The translations under genes and the position numbers were made by a program. DNA of 64,000 nt from Dudresnaya verticillata (Eukaryota), in the NCBI GenBank assembly GCA_977862235.1, contig OZ374560.1, positions 868,001 through 932,000 of the forward strand. The letters run 5' to 3'. The notes under the pieces are model-generated. The model was not told where the DNA came from. It saw nothing but the letters and a program-made list of their open reading frames with translations, and did not search any database. Positions 10,417 through 21,500 of the stretch are shown here, piece after piece (position 1 is the stretch's first letter; each line of letters begins with the position of its first letter).

Positions 10417-11550
10417 TCAATACCTTCGCCTCCTCCGCCAAGAAGACGAGACGTACTTGAACACCGACGCAAACACGTTGAGCGTCGCCACCTGGAACAG
10501 CTCATCCCCCGCCGCAAAGTCGATCACGCTAGCCACATACTCGTTGCACCTCTTTACATAGTGCTGGCTCACCGGCGTGCCGTCCTCCTTGATGAACTGG
10601 TGCGTCCCGCCCCCGTCGCGCTCGTTGCTCTTGCGCACCACAAACGTCCGTGCATCAAACCTCGCCTTCTCGGAGCATCCAAACTCGTACCGATATCTCT
10701 CCAGCACGCGCGTCGCAATCACCAGGTGGTGCTCCTTGAGCGCGTTCCCATCGTCGTAGTGCGGATAGCAGTCCAGAAAGTATTCTGCCACGTTCCCAAT
10801 CCCAGCCGGCGACGCCGCGCAATTCGTCACGTTGAACGACGTCCGGCACAGGTTCACCAACAGCACCAGCAAGCACTTGGTGCACAGCGCGCTCTGCAGC
10901 CGCTGCCCGCGCGCGCGCTTCCCGATCATCGTCAGCCCGAGGTGCAGCACCACGTCGGCCCCGCAGTCCAGGTACACCATGGCCGTGAAGCCGAGCGGCC
11001 CGTCGTCGTCAAACGCGATCGACACCACGCGGTTGGAGAACGCCGCGCGCGCGTGCGCGCCGTCGAACACCCGGTGCGTCGGCACGGCCCCGATCGAGCC
11101 CACCGCCACCTGCCGCAGCGTCGCGCACAGCTGGTCCAGCTGCGCGTCGCTCATCCACCGCCCAGGCTGGTCGTACGTGCGCACGAACCGCCCGCGCGCC
11201 AGCGCGCTGGTCCACAGGCGCACCAGCGGGCCGGGCAGCCAGCCCAGGCGCGCCGAGTGCCGGTCGGCGGTGTCCGAGCGCGCAGACAGTAACACCTCCA
11301 CTGCGGCCACGGCCGCGATGAGGGATACGGCGCGTACGGCCAGGCGCTCCAGCAGGCGCACCGGCAGGCACGGCGGAAGGCGAACGAACAGGGCCGGCGC
11401 CGTGATCGGTGCCAGCACCACGGCCAGGAGTAGGGCCAGCAACATCCGTAGTGTCCGGACCAGGTTGTGCTGCACTGATGACTTTGGGTGCGGGTTGGTG
11501 TTCAACGTCGGCCGTGGAGCCGATGTGGAGGCCGGCTGTGACTGCTTCAT
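10417..11550 (-). CDS. Putative membrane-anchored GNAT-fold acyltransferase-like protein (377 aa, intronless)
   Basis: Clean ORF with strong GC3 bias and N-terminal hydrophobic segments. GNAT-like core GPLGFTAMVYL...VLHLGLTMIGKRARGQRLQSAL (motif A-like). Confidence 0.65.
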   Translation of the reverse strand: MKQSQPASTSAPRPTLNTNPHPKSSVQHNLVRTLRMLLALLLAVVLAPITAPALFVRLPPCLPVRLLERLAVRAVSLIAAVAAVEVLLSARSDTADRHSARLGWLPGPLVRLWTSALARGRFVRTYDQPGRWMSDAQLDQLCATLRQVAVGSIGAVPTHRVFDGAHARAAFSNRVVSIAFDDDGPLGFTAMVYLDCGADVVLHLGLTMIGKRARGQRLQSALCTKCLLVLLVNLCRTSFNVTNCAASPAGIGNVAEYFLDCYPHYDDGNALKEHHLVIATRVLERYRYEFGCSEKARFDARTFVVRKSNERDGGGTHQFIKEDGTPVSQHYVKRCNEYVASVIDFAAGDELFQVATLNVFASVFKYVSSSWRRRRRY

Positions 11551-12970
11551 GGTGGCGAGTTGTGGTGGGTCGGTTTTGGTCGTGAGTCCGTGGGCTCGGA
11601 TGTACTGCGGGGGTGTTTGAGGAGAGATGGTGGGCAGTGGTTATTGTTGTTGCTATTGGTGGCGGCGGTGGCAACTGGCTGGCTGGCGTGGTGGTGAGGC
11701 CGGTGCTTGTGTAGGGTGACGAGAGCGACTGGACGAAGGGTGTTGTGCGGAGCGCCGGCGGACTAGGCAGGAGGGTCGAAGGACGCAGGCAAAAGCCACA
11801 GTTGCATCTGCGAGCAGGATTCTCCGGGAGACTGGGCGGAGAGTGACTGCGCAGGCCTATGTTGTATGGAGAGGAAGGATCACACGGCGCGATTGGCGGC
11901 GAAAGCCAGGCTGCACTGCTTACAGCCCGGTCGGGTCACGGCGGCGGAACGCGCAGAACGAACGAGCGAGCGCAGCCAATCGACGTACAGATTCGCGCAC
12001 GCGTGCCAAGTGCCGCCGCGCCATTGCGCGCCGCGCAATGGCACAGATTCGCGTCCTTTGGAAACGCCATCTGACTGAGTTGGCCCAGTCCGCCAGTGGC
12101 GGGCGAGGTAGTGCTGTTCAGTACTGGAACAGTGTGTTGCACGCGTTGCTGAGGAGTGTGCAGCCGCGATTTAATTTAGCATTACACCCGCTCCGCCATG
12201 TCTGCTGCGGCTTGGACGGCCGGCAGGCTCCGTTCCGTAAGAAATTCGGGAGCACGATTCTGTGCCGCAGCACGTGTGCAGCCAAACTTTTGCTATCGGA
12301 TACCGTTGATCTGAATCTTCCACCATTGTCGACTGAATATACCGCGTGGTGTGCAGTGATGCATGGATTGTGTATCCTGCGTACGTCGACAGATTCGATT
12401 CGATTCCTTGACAAAAGCACATGCTCAAAGAGAGTGGGCAGCATTCTGCACTCATTCTGCACACATTGTTCACATGCAAGTTGTGCCGTTGTTGGTAATA
12501 TTCGAGGCGGTGGAGGCGGGTGCTGATGATGTCGACATCATCAGCGTTGGCCTCTGTCGGCATCACCTTCTGACAAAACGAGCTGAGAATGAATTGAATG
12601 AAATTTGGTGAAAGCAGTCGAAAAGTGAAAAGATTCCATGAAAACAGCCGAAATGTTGAATGGCGACGTTTCGCAGCGCAATACCCAAATATCTCGACGC
12701 TGCCAGCAACGGACAACAGCGAATGATTGCACAGGCGCCGATTCGTCAAAGATCTCAGGTGACAGCCATGATGGCCCATCAATCTCGTTAATCCCGCGGA
12801 TAAAAATGTTTCCTGAGAGGCAATATCCCCCTCCGCGCACGAGCTCGATCGATCCGCACAGCATTTCTCTCGCTCGTGCCATCAAGCTCCGTCGCCCGCC
12901 CTTCTTTTAGAACTCCGCGCTTGGCCCCGTTTCTTCACACCCTGGGCATCCACTGCTCTGCCCACCAACC

Positions 12971-13096
12971 ATGCCTCCAGCCTTCCTCCCAGCTCCACTG
13001 GCGCCATCCCCGACGCGCCGCACCCGCCGCTGCATCTCGCCGCGCCGCCCCGCGTCTTGCAGCGCGCCCTCGCCCTCGCCTTCGGCACCGCCGCCA

Positions 13097-13128
<32 letters not shown>

Positions 13129-15122
13129 GCCACCACCGCGTCCATCCAACGTGCAGGTGGCACTGGAGCGTCTGTCCGACACGCTGCTGGACGCGCGCAT
13201 CCACTACACGCGCCTGCTGCGCCCGCCGGACGCCCCGACCAAACCGGCCAGCCGCGTGGTCGTGCTGGGCACGGGCTGGGCCGCGCATTCGCTCGTCAAG
13301 ATCGTCGACGTGTCCCGCGTCGCCTCGGTCACCGTCATCTCGCCGCGCAACTTCTTCTTCTTCACCCCGCTGCTGTCAGCCTCCGCCGTCGGCACCGTCG
13401 AGTTCCGCTCCATCGTCGAGCCGATCCGCGCGTGCAACCCCTTTATTCACTACTTTGAGGCTTTTGCCACGGACGTTGACCCCGTTGCCAAGGTTGTGCG
13501 CTGCGTCGAGGGTAAGCGTGATGGCTTTGCCGCCGAGCCCGTCAACTCCTTTGACGTCCCGTATGACCTGCTTGTTGTCGCTGTCGGGGAGACTACCACT
13601 ACTTTCAACGTCTCAGGAGCGCGCAAGCATGCCTTCTTTCTCAAGGAGATATCCGATGCGAGACGCCTGCGCACTCAGATCCTAGGTATGCACGCGAGCA
13701 CGCATCCAGCCTTAGCTATCCAATATTGTCCTCACCTGAATCGATGCGTACTCACACATTTCTCCTGACGGCTCATGTGGAAATGACATCCTCTGAAAAC
13801 CAGCTACCTTGGAAAAGGCTGCGCTCCCGACCTGGACCGAAGAGCAACGCCGCGACCTCCTGCACTTTGTCGTCGTAGGAGGTGGTCCAACCGGTATGTC
13901 ACTCGCTCATTTCCCAATGCGAACCGTTACAACGCCCCCGAACTGATCCCAACTAATACCTTCTTGATACACCCTCCCAGGGTGCGAGTTTGCTGGAGAG
14001 CTTTCCGACTTCGTTCAGAAAGACCTTGCTCCTCGCTATGGCACGCAACTCGTCTCCCAGATCCGCGTCTCGCTTCTGCAATCCGGTAAGTCCCTTCTGA
14101 CGCAGTTCGAGGCGTCGCTGCAAGGCCTTGCACTGGAGAACTTCGAGGACCGTGTCTCAGTTGTATTCGGCGCGCGTGTCGTTGAAGTCACCGACGAAGA
14201 AGTTGTGTTACAGAGCGGCGAATGCATTCGCTACGGTATCCTCGTGTGGGCCGCTGGGAACGGCACACGTCCTATCGTAGCAAAGATTGTAGAGCATATC
14301 ACGGGAGAGCCCGCAGACCAAGCGCAACGTAAGCGCCGTAAGATCCCCGTCGACCCTTGGCTAAGAGTCAAGGACATGGACTGCGTTTTCGCAGTTGGAG
14401 ACTGTGCTGCCGTTGAAAGCGAGCTGCTGCCGTCTACCGCCCAGGTAGCCGGACAACAAGGCGCGTATATTGGGAGTAGGTTGAGATTCATATGAATGTT
14501 CCGTTCAGCCGAGGCTAACACACCGGCTCCGGTCACGATTTTGTCCGTCTTTGCTAACATGGGTACATGTGCTTTTGGCTTGCTCTCCATCATTTTGGTA
14601 ATAACAGGGCTTGTGTCCAAGGTCGATTTGGACCAGATAAAGGGGCCAGGTGCCCCTGTCCTAAGAGACTCTGGTGGGAAAAAAGTGCATCCCTTCCGAT
14701 TCTTGTCTTTGGGAATTATGGCGTATCTTGGCAATGACAAAGCAGGTATGTTGTGCTATTTGCTTTTGTCCTGCGTTCTGTCAACAAATTGAAGTTCCGG
14801 TCCTGACAATGTTTCCCCCTGTGACATCACACATGCGGCAACAGCTGTTCAAGTCGAAACTAGTGGCACTAATAACATTGCGTTTGGGGGGCGGGTAGCT
14901 TATGCATTATGGAGAAGCGTGTACGCAGTGAAGCAAGTTGATGTGCGCAGTCGGGTACGTCAAACTTTATCTTTCAGCATTCACATGGAAAGCTTTCAGA
15001 GATATGGCGCACTAACAATACCTTCTCTTCTGCTTCTATGCTCTTTTTCATCATCTCAGATACTGGTTCTATTCGATTACTTCAAGAGCAGAGTTTTCGG
15101 TCGTGACATATCCCAGTTCTGA
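12971..15122 (+). CDS. Type II NAD(P)H:quinone oxidoreductase (NDH-2), 6 exons, probable plastid transit peptide
   Basis: Exons 12971-13685, 13804-13893, 13981-14475, 14608-14745, 14845-14954, 15060-15122 joined by GT-AG introns give an open frame. Motifs: VVVLGTGWAA, SPRNFFFFTPLL, FFLKEISDA, FVVVGGGPTGCEFAGEL, FAVGDCA, AQVAGQQGAY, PFRFLSLGIMAYLG, LWRSVY, VFGRDISQF. Confidence 0.93.
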
Positions 15123-15775
15123 AGGTGATGCGCGAATGTTCTTTAGAAGCAATCGGGAGTCATCAACAGTATCTTACGTATTTGCTTCTGTTCGGTAGTG
15201 CCGAGCTGCTCTACGCGGCTACACTGTACTTTCGAATGTACCGTTTGCGAATGTCTCAAATCTATATGTATGGCTGCTCAGGTTCTGGGCTTTATATTAG
15301 TGTTCAACGCATTGCAATTTCTCTTGCTAGTAAGAAAGCTGCGAACCCATGAGCAGAAAAGCTCTCTCATTCAGCCCCCGCTGCAATTAGATTTGCAATA
15401 AGTTGGTGTAAGTGTCAACTGCCGCAAACTGCCCCCTCCACCTATGTCGCCTAGTTCTCTCTAAGTCTCTCTGAAGGGGCTTAGTTTTTCGAGTGTTTAG
15501 AAAGGTCGTTTCCACCCAAGCCTACAGCAAGGACAAGACCAGTGGACGCCCTGAACAAATCATCCGCAGCAGTCGCCATAGCGTCAAAATTGATCTTCAG
15601 ATCTCATTTCTCATTTTTGATTTGGAGCCTTGGTGAAGGCAATTCGGGGTTGCCTCTCTCTTCTCAGAGCTGGACGAGCTCGCCCTTGGCTGTGGGTCGC
15701 GCCGCCCGGAAAGCATAACGCTAGTAGCGCTTGTGAAAAGAAAAAGAGGTTTGCTGACTCTTCTGTTCTTTTCTC

Positions 15776-18136
15776 ATGAAGTCAGGGCCTGTCAAACGGG
15801 ATGCGGCTGCGTTTTTGGCTTCCTCCCCTGTTGCTCTGACAACGCACAGCAGAACCTCGTTTTGCACACCGCTTCGACCCAGCAAGTTCCCTTCAAACAC
15901 CGTCCGTCGCTGTCGTGTGCGCCGGCCCATTGGTCCTGCTCGAGCTCCCATTCAAGCTTCAGACCGAGTCCTCTGGGCAGACGAGATCACCAAGTCTCAT
16001 GATGGCCGTACCTACCAATTCCGTACTATCTCTCTCTCACTGGAGCGTGGGGCCAAGGTGGCGCTCCTAGGAGCCAATGGATGTGGGAAAAGTAGCCTGT
16101 TTTCGGTGCTGGCAGGTCTCATGAGTCCAGATGCTGGTACTGTGAGCATTCGCAAAGGTGCCTCGATGGCTCTTGTGTCTCAGGAGCTACCAGTAGATCT
16201 GGATAACTCGCAGACTGCGTTGTCTGCTGTACTGAGTCTAGCTGCTGCGCACACTTCGTCTCACGATGTTCGAGCTGCGCTCCGATATGCACGAGCCTCG
16301 GCTGCTGTTGCGGAGGCGGAACGCAATGGTGAGCAAGTAAGCGAAGCGCTCGAAGCGCTCGCAAGCGCTGCTAATGCCATGGATGAGAGGCCTGGGGCTT
16401 GGGAGGTTGAGTCGTATCTGCAGACGGCCATGGAAAGACTGGAACTGCCCAGGGATGTGCGCGTGAGTAGCTTGTCAGGGGGTCAGAAGCGCCGTGTGGG
16501 TATCGCCGCTGCACTGGTTTCTCGGCCGGATGTGCTTCTACTAGATGAGGTAACAAACCATTTGTCAATTGAGGGAATACAGTTTCTGGAAGAGACTCTT
16601 CAAGACCCAAATCTGAGTGTGCTTTGTATCTCACATGACAGATACTTCGTCGATACAGTTTGCACGACTGGGATTTGGGAGCTGGATGGCGACCTCCATC
16701 GTTACGGTCCTGGGTATGATTCGTTTCTTACGGAGAAGGCTGGGCGGATTGAAGCGGAGCGGAAGGAGATGGCCGACTTGGCAAAAGCCTTCCGACGCGA
16801 ATTGGAGTGGATGAGACGGCAACCAAAGGCCAGGTCGACGAAAGCAAAGTCACGAATTGATGACTTCGAGAAGATCCAGGACCGGCTCAAAGCTGGAAAG
16901 GCAAAGATCAGAGAAGCTAGTCGCGTCAAGAACCTTGCAGCTGGTACTGCGAGACTCGGCAATGTGGTCGTGTCACTGGAAGACGTAACCTTGAAGCGCG
17001 GAGATAAAGTTGTCGTTGAAGACTTCAATTACACCTTTGAACGAGGTGAGCGTATCGGCATCTGCGGTGGAAATGGAGTTGGGAAGAGCAGCTTCCTTCG
17101 TGCACTGCTGGGACAGCTACCATTGGAATCCGGTGAAATTCAGGTAGGCGAAACGGTTGTCTTTGGTCACTTTGACCAAGACGGAATCGATTTGACTCTC
17201 CCTTTGTCGGAGGCTTCCGTTGCCCTTCTCGGGAGCAAAGGCGGAGACGAAATCAGGGTGATCGACTACGTAGGCGAGTTGGTTTCCCTATTTGGTAGCA
17301 ACAGGATGGATCGCAGGAAGGCCGGTGCGACCCAGAAGAGATCATCAGGAGAGCCAGGAGACGAGGCAGAAGCCCGCCTCGACGCAAAGATCGCGGCCTT
17401 GAGCCACAGTGCTGCGCTATCAGCGTCTTCGGCAAAGACGGCGGCGGTCACAAATCCTTTAGCTCTGATGACACCAATCAGCATGCTTGACCATTTCGGG
17501 TTCAAGCGTGAACAGCAACACAGCTTCGTCTCACACTTGTCTGGCGGAGAAAGGAGGCGATTACAGCTGATGGCTCTGTTGCTCAAGAATCCTAACTTTT
17601 TGCTTCTGGATGAGGTGTCAAATGATCTGGATGTGAACACCTTGACAATGTTGGAAGAGCTCTTGCTAGACTATTCTGGGGTTCTTCTCCTTTGTTCCCA
17701 CGACAGATTCATGCTTGACCGCCTGGTTGACCATCTGTTGATTATTGAGGGCGATGGGAACGTGAGCCTAGTTGAGGGGAAGTTTACAGAATATCTCGAT
17801 GCGAAGCGGGCCATGGAAGAAGAGGCAAAGAGGGATCGAAAGGCGGCAGCAGCAAATTCTCAAAGTGCGGTTTCTCAAGACGACAAGGGCTCTAAAGTAG
17901 TTGCGAACGGGAGAAGGCTTTCTTACAAGGAGAAGCGGGAGTATGCTAGTTTGGAGAAAGACATCGATGACTGTCAGAAGCGGTACGACGAACTTTCAGC
18001 AAAGTTAGAGAAAGAAGCAACGTCAGCTGGCTACTCTGATCTGACTGAATGGACTTCCGAATTGGCAAGGACAGAAGAAGAGATTGAAGCAAAGACGGCA
18101 AGGTGGGTTGAGCTGGCCGAGATTGCCGGAGATTAG
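15776..18136 (+). CDS. ABC-F family ATPase, bacterial Uup-like, probable organellar transit peptide
   Basis: Two ABC cassettes (GANGCGKS/LSGGQ/LLLDE; GGNGVGKS/LSGGE/LLLDE), linker RRELEWMRRQPKARSTK, Uup-type C-terminal coiled coil RLSYKEKREY...ARWVELAE; no transmembrane segments. Confidence 0.92.
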   Translation: MKSGPVKRDAAAFLASSPVALTTHSRTSFCTPLRPSKFPSNTVRRCRVRRPIGPARAPIQASDRVLWADEITKSHDGRTYQFRTISLSLERGAKVALLGANGCGKSSLFSVLAGLMSPDAGTVSIRKGASMALVSQELPVDLDNSQTALSAVLSLAAAHTSSHDVRAALRYARASAAVAEAERNGEQVSEALEALASAANAMDERPGAWEVESYLQTAMERLELPRDVRVSSLSGGQKRRVGIAAALVSRPDVLLLDEVTNHLSIEGIQFLEETLQDPNLSVLCISHDRYFVDTVCTTGIWELDGDLHRYGPGYDSFLTEKAGRIEAERKEMADLAKAFRRELEWMRRQPKARSTKAKSRIDDFEKIQDRLKAGKAKIREASRVKNLAAGTARLGNVVVSLEDVTLKRGDKVVVEDFNYTFERGERIGICGGNGVGKSSFLRALLGQLPLESGEIQVGETVVFGHFDQDGIDLTLPLSEASVALLGSKGGDEIRVIDYVGELVSLFGSNRMDRRKAGATQKRSSGEPGDEAEARLDAKIAALSHSAALSASSAKTAAVTNPLALMTPISMLDHFGFKREQQHSFVSHLSGGERRRLQLMALLLKNPNFLLLDEVSNDLDVNTLTMLEELLLDYSGVLLLCSHDRFMLDRLVDHLLIIEGDGNVSLVEGKFTEYLDAKRAMEEEAKRDRKAAAANSQSAVSQDDKGSKVVANGRRLSYKEKREYASLEKDIDDCQKRYDELSAKLEKEATSAGYSDLTEWTSELARTEEEIEAKTARWVELAEIAGD

Positions 18137-18584
18137 CATCGTGTGCGCGGTGGGGTCTTTTGGTCTCTGAACGACAATGCCATCTCCGGCCCTCGTGTTT
18201 TGCGAGCTGCCTTTGAGAAAAATGTATGTGTCGATCTTATCAGGTAAAGCCTTGCGCACTCGATTTCTTCGTTCGTTTCATAGTGATGACACGTCAACGT
18301 GGCGATATCGACCAGGTACACGTTACTAGATGTTCTGGACTTCTATTTCTCGGCGGAGTAGAGCAACTTGCTTCGCGCGGCTGTACCGCTCAGCAACACG
18401 CAATCTTTCATCGTTTTCAGCAACTCCGTGAATGATAGCAGAATGCAGAATTCGGTTAAATTCATTGTCGATGAAGAGTTTTCAACTATGTGCACACTCT
18501 GCCCACATGAAGCGCCACTACACATTTACTTCCTGTACAGTATTGCAGGGTGCTAGCTTGCGAGCAGGGAAAAACTAACTGTCC

Positions 18585-21500
18585 CTATCGTGATCCCCGA
18601 GAATAATGTCGAGGCTGGAACGCACGAGTAACGGGGAACCCGCCGTATGCACTTGAACCTCCGTAACTATCATCCCTTCGTTGCTGTTCTTGCTGTTGCT
18701 GCTGTTGAGGGTTCATGAGGTGATTCAACGCCGAAGAACTCCCTCCTGTCCCAGTCGGCAGAATCGTCGCAGACTGGTATGGATTGCGACTTGAACTCGG
18801 AGCGCTCGAAAAGGGATCCGGTGCAGCATAGCTCGATCTATCGAAGTTGATCGGAGAATTCAATCCTCCACCAAATGGCTGGTCACTTGGTGTTGCAGGG
18901 AGAGATTGCCGCTCTTCCCCTCCCAATCTCTTGAGCCCGACAGCCCCGTCTTGGAGGTTGATATACCCCTCCAGTGCAGGAAAAGACGACGGGGTCGGTG
19001 GGTTCATGAGGTCCACATGCGTCAAATCAGGCTGTCGCTCATTTCCTGTGCCTCCATAGTTGCCATACGCCCCATCCCCATCACCCAAGACGTTACCTGC
19101 CCCTTCATTGTGTACCCTTTCTCGGTAAGGATCAGGGACCGGGGCTCCCGCAGACGTACTGAAATCATTAGAGCTTGAGGGCCTTGTGTAATCCGCTGAA
19201 GCACTAGCCCTTGCTGAAGCTGAAGGATTGAACGGTGTGTATGGTAGCGAACTTGCCACTCTCGACTCGAATGGGGATGTATGGTTCTTGCGGGGTGGGG
19301 CGGGAATGCTTTTGAATCCTACTTGCCTCTTTTTGGCGGCTGCTTGGTATAGAGTATTCTGACTTGTCCTTCTAGGCCTTGAGGGTGGGCTGGGGGAGGT
19401 TCGAACCAAAGGATGTCTCTCGCTCTGTGGCATTCCTACCGTGTTTTGTGGAGGAAGTAGAGCACTAGCCTCTGCTGCTGAGGTAAGTATAGACATCTTA
19501 CTCAATGGATCTGAAGCCTTTGCTAAGGAAGTATCCATTCTCTCAATCTGCGCACCAGGGGCCATCCGGCCGAGCCCACCTACATCTGGCATTGCTCCTC
19601 TTTCAATAGCCTCTTGTGCGTCCTGGAAGGTAGGGGCGTCCTGCCTCATACTGGGCATAGGCATAGACTGACGAAACGGGACACTCTTCAAACTCATTTG
19701 AGCTTCGCTGTGCTGAGCCGCTCCTACCTGAGGCTTACGCGTGTTCAAATAGGTCCGATTGATTCGCGGTGGAGCAGGGAGCCCCTCCAGAGATGAGGCG
19801 TTCAAAATAGATTGCGGCGGCATGGCAGAAACTGTGGCTTGCCGCCCGCTGCCCTCGCCCGTAGGTGCTGCTGTCGCAGGGTTCGGGCTGGGGTGCTTCT
19901 CTTGTTGCTGACCATTCGCATCCGATTTTCGTCCTGCATTCTTAGCTGTAGCACTTCGTCTCGTTTGCGTCCTCTCTTTGGACTGCTGACCTCGCGTGCC
20001 TGTCCGTCGTTTGGACTTCTCGCCTCCGCCTAACCCACTCGATTTGCGCTTATTAGACGCTGTAACGCGAGCTGCTGGGACCGGCGCAGGTGCCTTTGCT
20101 ACCGGTTGGCTCACTGCAGGCGCTGAATTTTGCGGTTGTGCGAGTACCGTGGATGGCTGTTTCGATGCTGGTAGGCCTGAAGAAACAGCGGCTGATGGCA
20201 AAGATGTGGAAGCAGGTACAGATACCTGGGAGCTGGGCAAAACTGCAGATGGCAAAGAGGCCGTCATCGGAGGATCAACCTGTCTGCTTCCCTTAGAAGG
20301 AATCAAATCATCGTTAGAAGATGCTTTCGGTAACTCGCGCTCCGGCTTTTTTGCAGGAGCAGTTGACTTAACGCTTCCTTCCGGTGCTGCCGGCACCACG
20401 CTTTGTAGCGTACCTGTCTGAATACCAGCTGACTTTTCCACTTCAACAGTAGAGGCCTGTGGCGCTGGCACTTGTGGTTTTCTTGATGGTTCCGCAGCAG
20501 CTGACTTACCCGTGCTCTTCATCGAAACATCCGCAACTCGGCCTTCACTTCCATCCACCTGCAACCTCCCCGTGCCTTCTGTTGCCACTAGTTTCGAAGT
20601 CGAGACGGCCTCCTTCGCCTTGTTTCCACTGGGAGCAGCAGACACATCGTTCGCCGACTGGGCAGGCTTCTTGGCAACAGCTGTGGCAGGTGCTGTTGGT
20701 TTCGGCGATATGGGTGCTTGCCCTTGCTGTGTCGACTTAGAAGCGTTGTCTTTCAATAGTACAGCACCAGTGGAAGGCACACGGTCTGTTCTTTCGGTAG
20801 CCGGAGGATCTTTGGAGCCTTTGCTTGGTGCATTGGATTCCAGTGTTTTCGAGCTTCCGGTGGCCACAGCCGTGGTTTGCTTAGGAGTTGCATCTCCGCC
20901 AACGCTGATATTGCTCTTCTTTGTACCAACTTTCCCTATGGTACCACGTACCACGCTGGTTGGAACCGTGGGTTGTGACTTCTGCGACTTCTTCCCATTT
21001 GCTGATGTTGCTTGCGATCGTCGTTTACCCGTCCGAGATGACGTAAGAGCCTTGATAACACTTTTTTTCAATACGACGTCTTCCATTTCACCACCAGACA
21101 AGGCTTTGTCCACACTTGCCTCTAGCTCTTGGAACGTCACCTTTTGTACGGTTTTCGGTGGAGGCTGCCCATCAGACTTTCTTGACCCGTCTTGCTTGGG
21201 CAAAACTTCCTTTGCACCAACACCAATAGCGGTCACACCTTGTGGAGCACGAACTGGCTTGGAGGCATTGTCGCTCTGCGGGACACTAACGAGCTTGGAG
21301 CTATTGTGTGCCGGCAATTGCACCAATGCCTTATCTTTCGGTGCCTGCGGCGCCATTCTGGGATTCTGCCCTTGGTCTCCAACAGTGATTACCGTCTTCG
21401 TAGGGCCGATTGCCTTCGACAGCTTAGCAACATCCCCAGCTTGCACAGGCATCATCACAGCAGTTCCCAAAGCCTGGTTCGACACAGACTGTTGTCTTTG

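Noticed and set aside
12480..12611. IFEAVEAGADDVDIISVGL resembling a subtilase motif
   Set aside because: Isolated short match; no catalytic D/H/S motifs nearby and the frame is closed by stops
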